Assembly: GCA_036521435.1 (NCBI GenBank)
Contig: DATDHT010000056.1
Span: 1 to 62,509, forward strand
DNA from: Roseiarcus sp.
Lineage (GTDB): Bacteria > Pseudomonadota > Alphaproteobacteria > Rhizobiales > Beijerinckiaceae
DNA: 62,509 nt
Reading direction: 5' to 3'
Both the position numbers and the translations under genes were made by a program. The notes beneath the pieces were generated by a model that was not told the DNA's origin, did no database searches, and saw only the letters and a program-made list of their open reading frames with translations. Positions 1-8,682 of the stretch are shown here, in pieces; position 1 is the stretch's first letter; each line of letters opens with the position of its first letter.

Positions 1-141
1 CGGCGTCGCCACCAAGAACCTGCCCAATTATCTCGGTTGGCGGCGCGCTCTCGAAGCCTGGGGCGACAAACTCGAACCGCCAAGCTGGATCAAAGGCGCT
101 ATCGGAAACGGGCCATACCAACAGATAACGCTATAAGAGCC
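1..141 (+). mobile_element. 3' end of an IS1595-family transposase plus probable right terminal inverted repeat
   Basis: Frame from nt 2 reads GVATKNLPNYLGWRRALEAWGDKLEPPSWIKGAIGNGPYQQITL*, stop at 134-136. GV.TK.L..YL.W is the typical IS1595 C-terminal motif. The sequence ends ...TAAGAGCC (GGCTCTTA on the other strand), resembling IS1595-family ends. Not in the ORF track because it is truncated by the window. Confidence 0.8.
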
Positions 142-244
142 AAAATGTCGCCCAATGTCTTTTGCGACACGCCCCGTCATTCCTTGCCGTGGGTCGTCGC
201 GACCCTCAGGGTCGATGGCGACCATAGACGCGCCGCTGCTTCGT

Positions 245-1474
245 CTACTCAGCCGCGTGACGGCGTGGCAGCGCCCCTTTGTCGAGCGCCTGGCTCAGGT
301 CCTCGAGCAGGTCCTCCACGTCCTCGAGGCCGACGGACAGTCTGAGGAGGCCAGGCGAGATCCCGAGCGCCGCCCGTTGCTCCGGCTTGAGCCGCTGGTG
401 GGTGGTCGTCGCCGGATGGGTGATGAGGCTCTTGGCGTCGCCGAGATTGTTGGAGATGGCGATGATGGTAAGCGCGTTGGCGAACCGGAACGCCCCCGCC
501 TTGCCGCCGGCGACCTCGAAGGCGACCATCGTGCCGCCGCCTTCCATCTGCTGCTGGGCAAGCGCCGCCTGCGGGTGGTCGGGGTGACCCGGATAAAGCG
601 TGCGCACGACCGCGGGGTGCTGGGTGAGGAAGTCCGCGATTCTGCCCGCGCTGCGCGTTTGCGCCGTAACGCGCACTGTCAGGGTCTCCAGCGACTTGAG
701 AAGCGTCCAGGCGTTGAACGGCGAGAGACAAGGACCCGTCTGGCGGAGGAAATTGTGGATGTGGTCGGCGATGAACTTCTCGCTTGCCAGGATGATTCCG
801 CCGAGCACCCGCCCCTGGCCGTCGATGTGTTTGGTGGCCGAGTAGACCACGCAATCGGCGCCGAGCTTCATCGGATGTTGCAGCAGCGGCGTGGCGAAGA
901 CATTGTCGACCACCAAGGTCGCGCCGCCCTCATGCATGATCTCGGCGACGCCGGCGATGTCGACGAGTTCGAGCGTTGGATTGGTCGGCGATTCGAGGAA
1001 CGCCGTCTTCGTGTTCGGACGCAGAGCCGCCCGCCAGGCGTTAAGGTCTGCCCCGTCAACGAGGGTCGAAGCGACGCCGAAACGCGGCAGCAACTCCTCG
1101 ACCACATAGAGACACGAGCCGAATAAAGCCCGCGCGGCGACGATGTGGTCGCCCGCTCTAAGTTGGCCCATGAGCGCGGCGGTGACAGCGGCCATGCCGC
1201 TTGCCGTCGCCCGCGCCGCCTCGGCGCCTTCGAGCAGCGCCATCCGCCGCTCGAACATCGAGACCGTCGGATTGGCGAAGCGCGAGTAGATGAAGCCCGG
1301 GTCCTCGCCCTTGAAGCGCGCCTCCGAGAGCTCCATCGTGTCATAGAGATAGCCCTGGGTGAGAAAGAGGGCCTCCGACGTCTCCTCGAAGGCCGAGCGC
1401 AGCGACCCGCCGTGGATCAATTGCGTCGCGGGCCTCAGCGTCTTCGGATCGCGGGATTTGCGCGGGCTCGTCAT
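245..1474 (-). CDS. metZ: O-succinylhomoserine sulfhydrylase (Cys/Met metabolism PLP enzyme)
   Basis: ETSEALFLTQG, YSRFANPT, ASGMAA, PLP-lysine motif YSATKHIDGQGR, NNLGDAKSLITHPATTTH. Confidence 0.95.
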   Translation of the reverse strand: MTSPRKSRDPKTLRPATQLIHGGSLRSAFEETSEALFLTQGYLYDTMELSEARFKGEDPGFIYSRFANPTVSMFERRMALLEGAEAARATASGMAAVTAALMGQLRAGDHIVAARALFGSCLYVVEELLPRFGVASTLVDGADLNAWRAALRPNTKTAFLESPTNPTLELVDIAGVAEIMHEGGATLVVDNVFATPLLQHPMKLGADCVVYSATKHIDGQGRVLGGIILASEKFIADHIHNFLRQTGPCLSPFNAWTLLKSLETLTVRVTAQTRSAGRIADFLTQHPAVVRTLYPGHPDHPQAALAQQQMEGGGTMVAFEVAGGKAGAFRFANALTIIAISNNLGDAKSLITHPATTTHQRLKPEQRAALGISPGLLRLSVGLEDVEDLLEDLSQALDKGALPRRHAAE

Positions 1475-1545
1475 CGTTCAAGTCCTCTCACGCCAACGGC
1501 GCCTGATGGGCTCGATACGAGGCGACGGTTTGATTGCGCCCCGAT

Positions 1546-1600
1546 CTTTTAGCCCGTTGTTTAACGTGGCGGCAAGCCGATCGGCTCAAATGACCACGAG
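1546..1600 (-). ncRNA. SAM-II (SAM_alpha-type) riboswitch in the metZ leader
   Basis: Minus strand CTCGTGGTCATTTGAGCCGATCGGCTTGCCGCCACGTTAAACAACGGGCTAAAAG. P1 is CGTGG/CCACG, with the hallmark ATTT, TTGC, TAAA and GCTAAA blocks. It lies upstream of a methionine biosynthesis gene. Confidence 0.85.
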
Positions 1601-1757
1601 AGCGATTTTGATAGCGCCAGCCATGCCATGTCGTCAAGACCATGTCTTGGCTTAAAGCTTAGGGGGCGCTAACAACGCGAATCCGCCTCTGAGGCTTAAG
1701 CCGTTGACGCCGCGCCGAACGCCGCTTCCCCACATCCTCGACAGTGACGAACCCGGC

Positions 1758-2885
1758 GTGGCGGACGCCTTGTTCTCCGCTCCGTTCGGCCTGTTCGGAC
1801 GGCAGAAGATCCGCGCCATGATCGGCCGAAAACTGATCTGGGCAGAGACAGAGATCGAGCCCTCGCAACTCCAGCCCGCGAGCCTTGACCTCAGGCTCAG
1901 CAAGGAAGCCTACCGTGTTCGCTCGAGCTTCCTGCCCGGGCGCGAGCACTCTGTTCGCGACCGGCTCAAGAGCCTGAACGCCGAGCCCGTGTCGCTCGCC
2001 GGCAAGGGCGCGGTGCTGGAAAAGGGCATCGTCTATGTCGCCCGGCTGATGGAGCGGCTGGAGCTGAGGCCCAATCTGTCCGGCGCTGCCAACCCCAAGA
2101 GCTCGACGGGTCGGATCGACATTTTTACTCGCCTCATCGTCGACGGAGGAGAGGCGTTCGACGAGGCGCCGCTCGGCTACCAGGGCGAGCTTTGGCTTGA
2201 GATTTCGCCCCGCAGCTTCAGCGTCCGCGTCAAGGCAGGGACGAAGCTGAACCAGATCCGGTTTCGTAGCCGCAATTCGAAGCAGCAGGGAAGACACACC
2301 TTCACGCTCGACGATGCCGAGATCCGCAAGCGGCACCTCGCCTGGCCGCTGGTCGACGGCCCGCTCGACTTGCGCGAGGGCGTGGTGTTGCGAGTCGATC
2401 TTGGCGGTCTGGGCGAGTCTGTCGTCGGCTACCAGGCGATCAAGAACAGCGACGTCATCGACGTCAACCGCTTGCGCGGCTACGACGTTGAGGATTTCTG
2501 GGAGCCAATTCGGGCTCGCGAGGATCGGCGGCTGATCCTCGATCCCGACCAGTTCTATATTCTGGCTTCGCGGGAGCGCGTGCAAATTCCCTCAGACCTC
2601 GCGGCGGAAATGGCCCCGATCGATCCGGCTATCGGCGAGTTTCGCGTTCATTATGCCGGCTTTTTCGACCCTGGCTTCGGGCAGGGCAATGACGGTCGCG
2701 CTTCCGCTCGGGCGGTCCTGGAAGTGCGCAGCCGCGATGTGCCGTTCCTGTTGGAGGATGGCCAACCGGTCGGGAGACTGGTGTACGAAAAACTCGCTGG
2801 GCCGCCGGACACGCTCTACGGCGCAGACGCGACCTCCAGCTATCAGCACCAGGGCCTCAAGCTGTCGAAGCATTTCCGCGGCTAG
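1758..2885 (+). CDS. dcd: dCTP deaminase, alphaproteobacterial two-domain type (start uncertain, 1704-1818)
   Basis: QLQPASLDLRL, ANPKSSTGRIDIFTRLI, GEFRVHYAGFFDPGFG, YQHQGLKLSKHF. Confidence 0.92.
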   Translation: MADALFSAPFGLFGRQKIRAMIGRKLIWAETEIEPSQLQPASLDLRLSKEAYRVRSSFLPGREHSVRDRLKSLNAEPVSLAGKGAVLEKGIVYVARLMERLELRPNLSGAANPKSSTGRIDIFTRLIVDGGEAFDEAPLGYQGELWLEISPRSFSVRVKAGTKLNQIRFRSRNSKQQGRHTFTLDDAEIRKRHLAWPLVDGPLDLREGVVLRVDLGGLGESVVGYQAIKNSDVIDVNRLRGYDVEDFWEPIRAREDRRLILDPDQFYILASRERVQIPSDLAAEMAPIDPAIGEFRVHYAGFFDPGFGQGNDGRASARAVLEVRSRDVPFLLEDGQPVGRLVYEKLAGPPDTLYGADATSSYQHQGLKLSKHFRG

Positions 2886-2948
2886 CGGCCGGGAGGCGCA
2901 CACGCCTGGACCATTTGTGACCGTTTTATCTCAGCCCGTCACATTTCG

Positions 2949-2976
2949 CTTGGCGAGGCGGAGCTTTTTCCTATAT
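2949..2976 (+). promoter_or_regulatory. Putative promoter for secE-nusG
   Basis: CTTGGC-N15-CCTATAT, matching the rhizobial CTTG...CTATAT RpoD/RpoH-type consensus. Confidence 0.5.
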
Positions 2977-3076
2977 GAGGTCGGAGTGGCGCGGCGCCGG
3001 GAGGTTCCGCGCCGCGAGTTTTTCTGGCTGGGCGTCGTCCGCCCGCCGCGTCGAATTTAAAACCCACGTTGAGGCA

Positions 3077-3274
3077 ATGGCCAATCCGTTCGAGTTCATT
3101 CAGCAGGTTCGCGCCGAGGGCGCCAAGGTCATTTGGCCGACGCGGCGCGAGACCCTCATCACCACGGGGCTGGTGCTGATGCTGGTCGTGTTCACGAGCC
3201 TGTTCTTCCTCCTCGTCGACGAGGTGTTGCGCACAATCGTGTCTTTAGCCCTTGGCTTCGGGCGCGGCGGCTAA
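3077..3274 (+). CDS. secE: Preprotein translocase subunit SecE
   Basis: MANPFEFIQQVRAEGAKVIWPTRRET plus one TM helix; GAGG RBS before ATG 3077; directly upstream of nusG. Confidence 0.95.
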   Translation: MANPFEFIQQVRAEGAKVIWPTRRETLITTGLVLMLVVFTSLFFLLVDEVLRTIVSLALGFGRGG

Positions 3275-3302
3275 CCTCGGCTATGATCCGGATCGCCCAA
3301 AA

Positions 3303-3833
3303 ATGACTATGCGCTGGTACATCGTTCACGCTTATTCCAACTTCGAGAAGAAGGTGGCGGAATCCATTCGCGAGCAGGCGAGCCAGCGTAGCCTCTCGGA
3401 GAAATTCGAGGAGATTCTTGTACCGACCGAGCAGGTCGTCGAGATGCGCCGCGGGCGCAAGATCAACTCCGAGCGGAAGTTCTTCCCTGGCTACGTCCTG
3501 GTCAAATGCGACCTTACCGACGAAGTCTACCATTTGATCAAGAACACGCCCAAGGTGACCGGCTTCTTGGGCGCGGACAAGAAACCGATGCCGATTCCCG
3601 ATATCGAAGCCGACCGGATCAAAGGCCAGGTGGCCGACGGGGTCGAGCGGCCGAAAGCGGCGATCCGATTCGAGATTGGCGAAAACGTGCGGGTGGCGGA
3701 CGGGCCTTTTGCCTCCTTCAATGGCGTGGTCGAGGAAGTCGACGAATCCCGATCGCGCGTCAAAGTCGCTGTGTCCATCTTCGGCCGCGCCACCCCAGTC
3801 GACCTCGAATTCGGCCAGGTCGAAAAGCAATAA
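3303..3833 (+). CDS. nusG: Transcription termination/antitermination factor NusG
   Basis: RWYIVHAYSNFEKKV, FFPGYVLV, KOW motif GENVRVADGPFASFNG, VSIFGRATPVDLEF. Confidence 0.97.
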   Translation: MTMRWYIVHAYSNFEKKVAESIREQASQRSLSEKFEEILVPTEQVVEMRRGRKINSERKFFPGYVLVKCDLTDEVYHLIKNTPKVTGFLGADKKPMPIPDIEADRIKGQVADGVERPKAAIRFEIGENVRVADGPFASFNGVVEEVDESRSRVKVAVSIFGRATPVDLEFGQVEKQ

Positions 3834-4083
3834 CCCTAACCCCCGACGCCGAATTGCCGTTCAGCCCTGTGTCAGTTACGACTGATAGTGGCTGCAAAAG
3901 GCTAACAGCGATCGATCCGCGCCCGGCGGCGCAGGCGCGTGAGCGCCCGGATGCTAGCCGATTCGGGGATTGCCATCGCCGCGCTCGAACGATATAGAAT
4001 GTTGTTACATAATAGCGGCGCCAAGAAAAGACCATTTGGTTTTCTCGTGAGCGCCGCTTCCTTCGTTTTAAGGCTAAGATTTC

Positions 4084-4821
4084 ATGCAGTATAACAACGT
4101 ACCGAAGCCAATCCGGGCCACTGCACGGGCGCTCAAGTATGCTCGAAAGTCTGGCCTGAGGTTGTTCGGCGCTCAATATCCCAGAAATTGTACGATTTGT
4201 GACCGCACCGGCCGTTTCTTTTCTTACGGATACCCGCTAGCTGCAGACACGATCTGCCCGGGGTGCCTTTCTCTCGAACGTCACCGGGCGCTCGCCATCT
4301 GCGCAGCTCAGGAGCCGTTGTTCGAGGGCAAGGATCTGCTTCATTTCGCGCCCGAGCCGAGCCTGACCCCGTTCATCCGCAGTAAAGGGGTCAAGAGCTA
4401 TAAGACGTGCGATCTGTTCAAGACGGACGTTGATCTTCGCATCGACATCTGCGACATCGCTCTTCCAGATCAGTCATTCGATCTCGTCTTATGCCTACAC
4501 GTTTTGGAGCACGTACCGGACGATCGCAAGGCCATGTCGGAACTGCACCGGATTTTGCGCCCGGGCGGTATGGCGATCATCATGGTTCCGTTGGAAGAAG
4601 GGCTCGACGAAACATACGAGAACCCGTCGATTACGTCCGCGGCCGACCGATTGATCCATTTCGGACAGGAGGATCACGCCCGCTATTATGGCCGCGACCT
4701 TCGCGATCGACTACGTGGCGCGGGATTCTCGCTCCGCGAGTGGGTTTCGAAAGAGCCTTACGTGCTCAAGCATGGGTTGAAGCGCGGGGAACGGGTTTTC
4801 CTTTGCACGCGAGTCGATTGA
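4084..4821 (+). CDS. Class I SAM-dependent methyltransferase with N-terminal CxxC...CxxC zinc ribbon
   Basis: CTIC...CPGCLSLERHR, LLHFAPE, FDLVLCLHVLEHVPDD, ELHRILRPGG; a type commonly found in glycan loci. Confidence 0.85.
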   Translation: MQYNNVPKPIRATARALKYARKSGLRLFGAQYPRNCTICDRTGRFFSYGYPLAADTICPGCLSLERHRALAICAAQEPLFEGKDLLHFAPEPSLTPFIRSKGVKSYKTCDLFKTDVDLRIDICDIALPDQSFDLVLCLHVLEHVPDDRKAMSELHRILRPGGMAIIMVPLEEGLDETYENPSITSAADRLIHFGQEDHARYYGRDLRDRLRGAGFSLREWVSKEPYVLKHGLKRGERVFLCTRVD

Positions 4822-4899
4822 GTGGCATTCCCGGGATTGATCCCGGAAGTAAATGCGTGGGTTCCCGGCTAAAAACCTTACGATTGCGGAGACGGGTTA

Positions 4900-5133
4900 A
4901 TGACAGTAAGGGACCGGGTATTTAGCGCATTCAAAGAGAGCTTCGACCTTGACGATGACACCGATACGTCCAAACTCGTCTATCAGGACTATCCGGCTTG
5001 GACCTCGATTGGCCATATGATCCTCGTCGCCGCGCTGGAATCGGAATTCGATACGATGCTGGAGACGGACGACATTTTAGAAATGAGCAATTTCGAAAAA
5101 GCCGTATCAATCATGAGCAAATACGCCAAATGA
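4900..5133 (+). CDS. Acyl carrier protein-like
   Basis: 77 aa, very acidic; WTSIGHM matches the (W)DS(L)xH phosphopantetheine-Ser motif, followed by LESEF. Confidence 0.8.
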   Translation: MTVRDRVFSAFKESFDLDDDTDTSKLVYQDYPAWTSIGHMILVAALESEFDTMLETDDILEMSNFEKAVSIMSKYAK

Positions 5134-5149
5134 GGCTCAAAGGCAGGCC

Positions 5150-6082
5150 ATGACGGTCGGTGAGACCGAACAAGCCGCGCCGCTTGCGGCGACGGGCGCC
5201 CCGCCTGGCGTCGGTCTCGTCTCCGTGATCGTGCCGCACCTCGACGATTACGACAATTTGGATGCCTGTTTGGTTTTGCTGCAAGCGCAGACCTTTCCAG
5301 GCGATCGGACGGAAATCATCGTGGTCGACAACGGCAGCTGGCGCGGTTTTGACGCGGTCTGCCGCATCGTCGGGTCGCGCGGCCAGGTCATTGAAGCCGC
5401 AGAGCGGGGCGCCGGGCCTGCCCGCAATGCCGGAGTGCGCGCTTCACGGGGCGAGGCGCTCGCCTTCATCGACAGCGACTGTCGGCCGGATGAGCGGTGG
5501 CTTGAGGAGGGTCTCGCCGAACTGCGTCACGCGGATATCGCCGGGGGCCACGTCGACGTCTTGGTTGAGGATCCCGGGCGGATGACGGCGGCCGAGGCGT
5601 TTGAAAGCGTGTTCGCCTTCCGCAACGAGCGCTACGTCAAAGAGCTCAAGTTTACAGTCACCGCATCGATGTTCGTCTGGCGCTCGGTGTTCGACGCGGT
5701 CGGCGACTTCATAGACAGCGTCCCGGAAGACAAGGATTGGTGTGAAAGGGCGTGGCGACAAGGCTATCGCATTCGGTTTGCTCCAAAGTCCATCGTCGGC
5801 CACCCAGCTCGCCGGACAATGGAGGAATTGAAGCGCAAATGGCGGCGGCTGACGCTCGAATCCTCCGAAGGCGCTCGGCGGGAGGGCAGGGGACCGATCC
5901 TCGTCTTGTTGCGCCAATCGGCAGCCCTGCTTGCGGTCGCGCCCCATGCCTTCCTGCCGCTGGCCTCTAAACGTTTGAATGGGACTCGAAACCGCCTCAT
6001 GGCGATCGTCGGGCTTGCCCAGATTCGCGCGTACCGCTTTTCGGTGGCCTACCGAGCGCTCACGCGGCGGGATGAAAAGTGA
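5150..6082 (+). CDS. Glycosyltransferase family 2
   Basis: VSVIVP, IIVVDNGS, GPARNAG, FIDSDC, ED motif. Confidence 0.9.
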   Translation: MTVGETEQAAPLAATGAPPGVGLVSVIVPHLDDYDNLDACLVLLQAQTFPGDRTEIIVVDNGSWRGFDAVCRIVGSRGQVIEAAERGAGPARNAGVRASRGEALAFIDSDCRPDERWLEEGLAELRHADIAGGHVDVLVEDPGRMTAAEAFESVFAFRNERYVKELKFTVTASMFVWRSVFDAVGDFIDSVPEDKDWCERAWRQGYRIRFAPKSIVGHPARRTMEELKRKWRRLTLESSEGARREGRGPILVLLRQSAALLAVAPHAFLPLASKRLNGTRNRLMAIVGLAQIRAYRFSVAYRALTRRDEK

Positions 6083-6409
6083 ATTGCGCCGGGCTTGTCT
6101 TCCCGTTGGACCCAGAGCGCTACGGCCTCCCGATTGACACTGCTTTATGGGTTCGATACCTCTCAATCTTCCCGTGGCGTCTTCAATTCCGGGCAAGGCG
6201 CCGGATCCAAGCGCACACGTTCGGCCCTCAGAGCGGCCGCAAAGGTCGCTTAAAGTCGTCGCGGCCATTTCAACCAAAAAAACCAGGGCGGGCTTTGCAA
6301 GGAGCAGCATTCTAGCCGCGCGTCGTGGCCCCGACGCGAGAGCCCGTTAGCATTTTGCGAATATCGTTTCGCCAGCCATGCGAGATTGACCAATCGGTAG
6401 GGGTGTCGA

Positions 6410-7480
6410 GTGTCGGAAGCCGCGAGCGCAGTGAGCATCGTCCCCCGCGTCGTCATTGCGATTGTCGCGACAGACGAGGCCAAGAACCTTGTGGGCTGCC
6501 TCGGGTCGCTCAACGGCTCGATCTACCGCGAGTTCAGCGTCGTCATCTGTGAGAACGGTGGCCATGAGGCCTTCGAGCGCGACGTCCGCGAACTGTCCAA
6601 AGTCCCGGGGATGGTCGTGGCTGATGCTGAGGCGGCGGATCGGCTGGGCGCTACGGAGGGCCAGCGTTTCCATCTCGGCGCAGACCATCGCGTGATGAGG
6701 GTCCTCAGATCGCGCGAGAATCGCGGATATAGCGGCGGCGTCAATTTCTGCATCGCCGCCGCCGATACCGACTGGGATTTCATCTGGGTCCTCAATCCTG
6801 ATACGTTTCCGGAGCCGGATGCGCTCGGGGCATTGGTCCGCCGTCAGGCGGAAGGCGGCTACGGAATCGTCGGGAGTAAAATCGTCTACGTGGTCAACGG
6901 GCGGGTTCAGCTGTGGGGCGGGCTCAAATTCTCGCCTTTACTTGGGCGGGCCCGGTCACTGGGGCATGGACAGCGAGTCGAAATGACTCCCGACTTGAAG
7001 GAAGTCGAAGCGGACCTGGACATTGTCGCGGGCACGGCGATGTTCGTGTCGAAGGATTACATCAAGACGATCGGCGTGATGGATGAGGACTTTTTCGTCT
7101 ATCACGAGGACAGCGAATGGTCGCTGCGTCGCGGAACGTTCCGACTGGGCTACGCGCACGACTCAGTCGTCCACCATATCGCCGGCTCGACCTCAGGTTC
7201 TGGAGGAACGCGTCAAAAGCGGTCGCGGTTCAGCATTTACCTTTCCGAGAGGAATCGGGTGATCCTCGCCAAAAAGCGATATCCCGAATCTTGGCCTTTG
7301 TTCGCGGGCGTCGCGCTATTGGAAACCCTGGAGCTTCTGCTTCGCTTCCACTCGTGGCGCTCGTTCACGATTGGCCTCAACGGATGGTGGGCCGGGGTGA
7401 GCGGGGAGACGGGAATGCCCGGGTTCATGCGAGCCACTCAGGGACCGGCTACGAAGGTCTTTTTGCAACGCGCCGATTAG
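6410..7480 (+). CDS. Glycosyltransferase family 2 (rhamnosyltransferase-like)
   Basis: ENRGYSGGVN, WVLNPD, GVMDEDFFVYHEDSEWSLR, VHH..GSTSG. Confidence 0.88.
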   Translation: MSEAASAVSIVPRVVIAIVATDEAKNLVGCLGSLNGSIYREFSVVICENGGHEAFERDVRELSKVPGMVVADAEAADRLGATEGQRFHLGADHRVMRVLRSRENRGYSGGVNFCIAAADTDWDFIWVLNPDTFPEPDALGALVRRQAEGGYGIVGSKIVYVVNGRVQLWGGLKFSPLLGRARSLGHGQRVEMTPDLKEVEADLDIVAGTAMFVSKDYIKTIGVMDEDFFVYHEDSEWSLRRGTFRLGYAHDSVVHHIAGSTSGSGGTRQKRSRFSIYLSERNRVILAKKRYPESWPLFAGVALLETLELLLRFHSWRSFTIGLNGWWAGVSGETGMPGFMRATQGPATKVFLQRAD

Positions 7481-7641
7481 GAAGCACGGCTTCCCCGCGC
7501 AGCCCAGCGCTGTCGGAGCGCCGGGAAGGTGGACCCTTTTGGGCGTTAGTACGAAAATGAAGGATTTCTCCGGCAAAAGCCACGCTTTCGGATTGAGCAT
7601 GAATTGACGTGTGAAGCAGTGCGGAAACGAGAAAAGGGTCA

Positions 7642-8646
7642 ATGATGAAGGTGTTCGTTACGGGGGTCGCGGGCTTTCTCGGCAGCCATTTGGCTGACGC
7701 GATGATTGCCGAAGGACATCAAGTTGTGGGGGTCGATAACCTCATCGGCGGGGAACTCGACAATGTCCCGTCGAAAGTTAATTTTCACCAGTTCGACTGC
7801 AACGACTTCAATCACATCCAAAAGGTGTCGGAAGGCTGCGACATCTACTACCATTGCGCCGCGACCGCCTACGAGGGCCTATCGGTTTTCTCGCCCCACT
7901 TCGTGACGCAGAACATAGTCGGCGCTTCGGTGGCGATTTTCTCCGCCGCGGTGGCCAATCGCGCGAAGCGAGTCGTCTTCTGCTCGTCGATGGCGCGCTA
8001 CGGCGCCCTCAAGCCGCCCTTCAGGGAGGACCAGACGCCGAAGCCGCAGGACCCTTATGGAATCGGCAAGCTCGCCGCTGAGGACATTCTGCGCAATCTC
8101 TGCACCGTCCATGGCGTCGAATATGTGATCGCGGTGCCTCACAACATTATCGGCCCCCGGCAGAAATGGGACGATCCGTTCCGCAACGTGGCGTCGATCA
8201 TGATCAATCTGATGCTGCAGGGTCGCCAGCCGATCATTTATGGGAACGGCAAGCAGAAGCGGTGCTTCTCCTTCATCGACGACTGTCTCTACTGCCTGAA
8301 GGAGATGGCGTTCCGCGACAACGTCGTTGGCGAGATCATCAATATCGGTCCGGACGAGGAGACGATCACGATCATCGAACTCGCCGAGCGGATCGCCAAT
8401 CAGCTACAGTTCAATCTCGACCCCATCTTCATGACCGGGCGACCGCAGGAAGTTGAGCACGCGTCGTGCTCTTCCGACAAGGCGAGAAAGTTGCTGCAGT
8501 ACAAGACGTCGGTCGATCTCGACACGGGCTTGGCGAGCATGGTCGAGGCGATCAGGAGGCGCGGCACTCGCGACTTCAAATATCACATCGATCTTGAGAT
8601 CATAAACGAGAAGACGCCGAAGACCTGGAAGGATCGGCTATTCTAA
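7642..8646 (+). CDS. NAD-dependent nucleotide-sugar epimerase/dehydratase (extended SDR)
   Basis: TGVAGFLGSH, SSMARYG, YGIGK (YxxxK), HNIIGPRQ. Confidence 0.92.
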   Translation: MMKVFVTGVAGFLGSHLADAMIAEGHQVVGVDNLIGGELDNVPSKVNFHQFDCNDFNHIQKVSEGCDIYYHCAATAYEGLSVFSPHFVTQNIVGASVAIFSAAVANRAKRVVFCSSMARYGALKPPFREDQTPKPQDPYGIGKLAAEDILRNLCTVHGVEYVIAVPHNIIGPRQKWDDPFRNVASIMINLMLQGRQPIIYGNGKQKRCFSFIDDCLYCLKEMAFRDNVVGEIINIGPDEETITIIELAERIANQLQFNLDPIFMTGRPQEVEHASCSSDKARKLLQYKTSVDLDTGLASMVEAIRRRGTRDFKYHIDLEIINEKTPKTWKDRLF

Positions 8647-8682
8647 GACGGATCGCCCGAACCCGCCGTCCCCCGCTGGGTC

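Noticed and set aside
2977-3070. tRNA-Trp expected upstream of secE
   Set aside because: GC-rich hairpins are present, but there is no cloverleaf with a proper T-loop and CCA end.
3303-3833. NusG as an RfaH/UpxY/LoaP-type specialised antiterminator for the downstream glycan genes
   Set aside because: The sequence is canonical housekeeping NusG and is paired with secE; no ops-like element was recognised.
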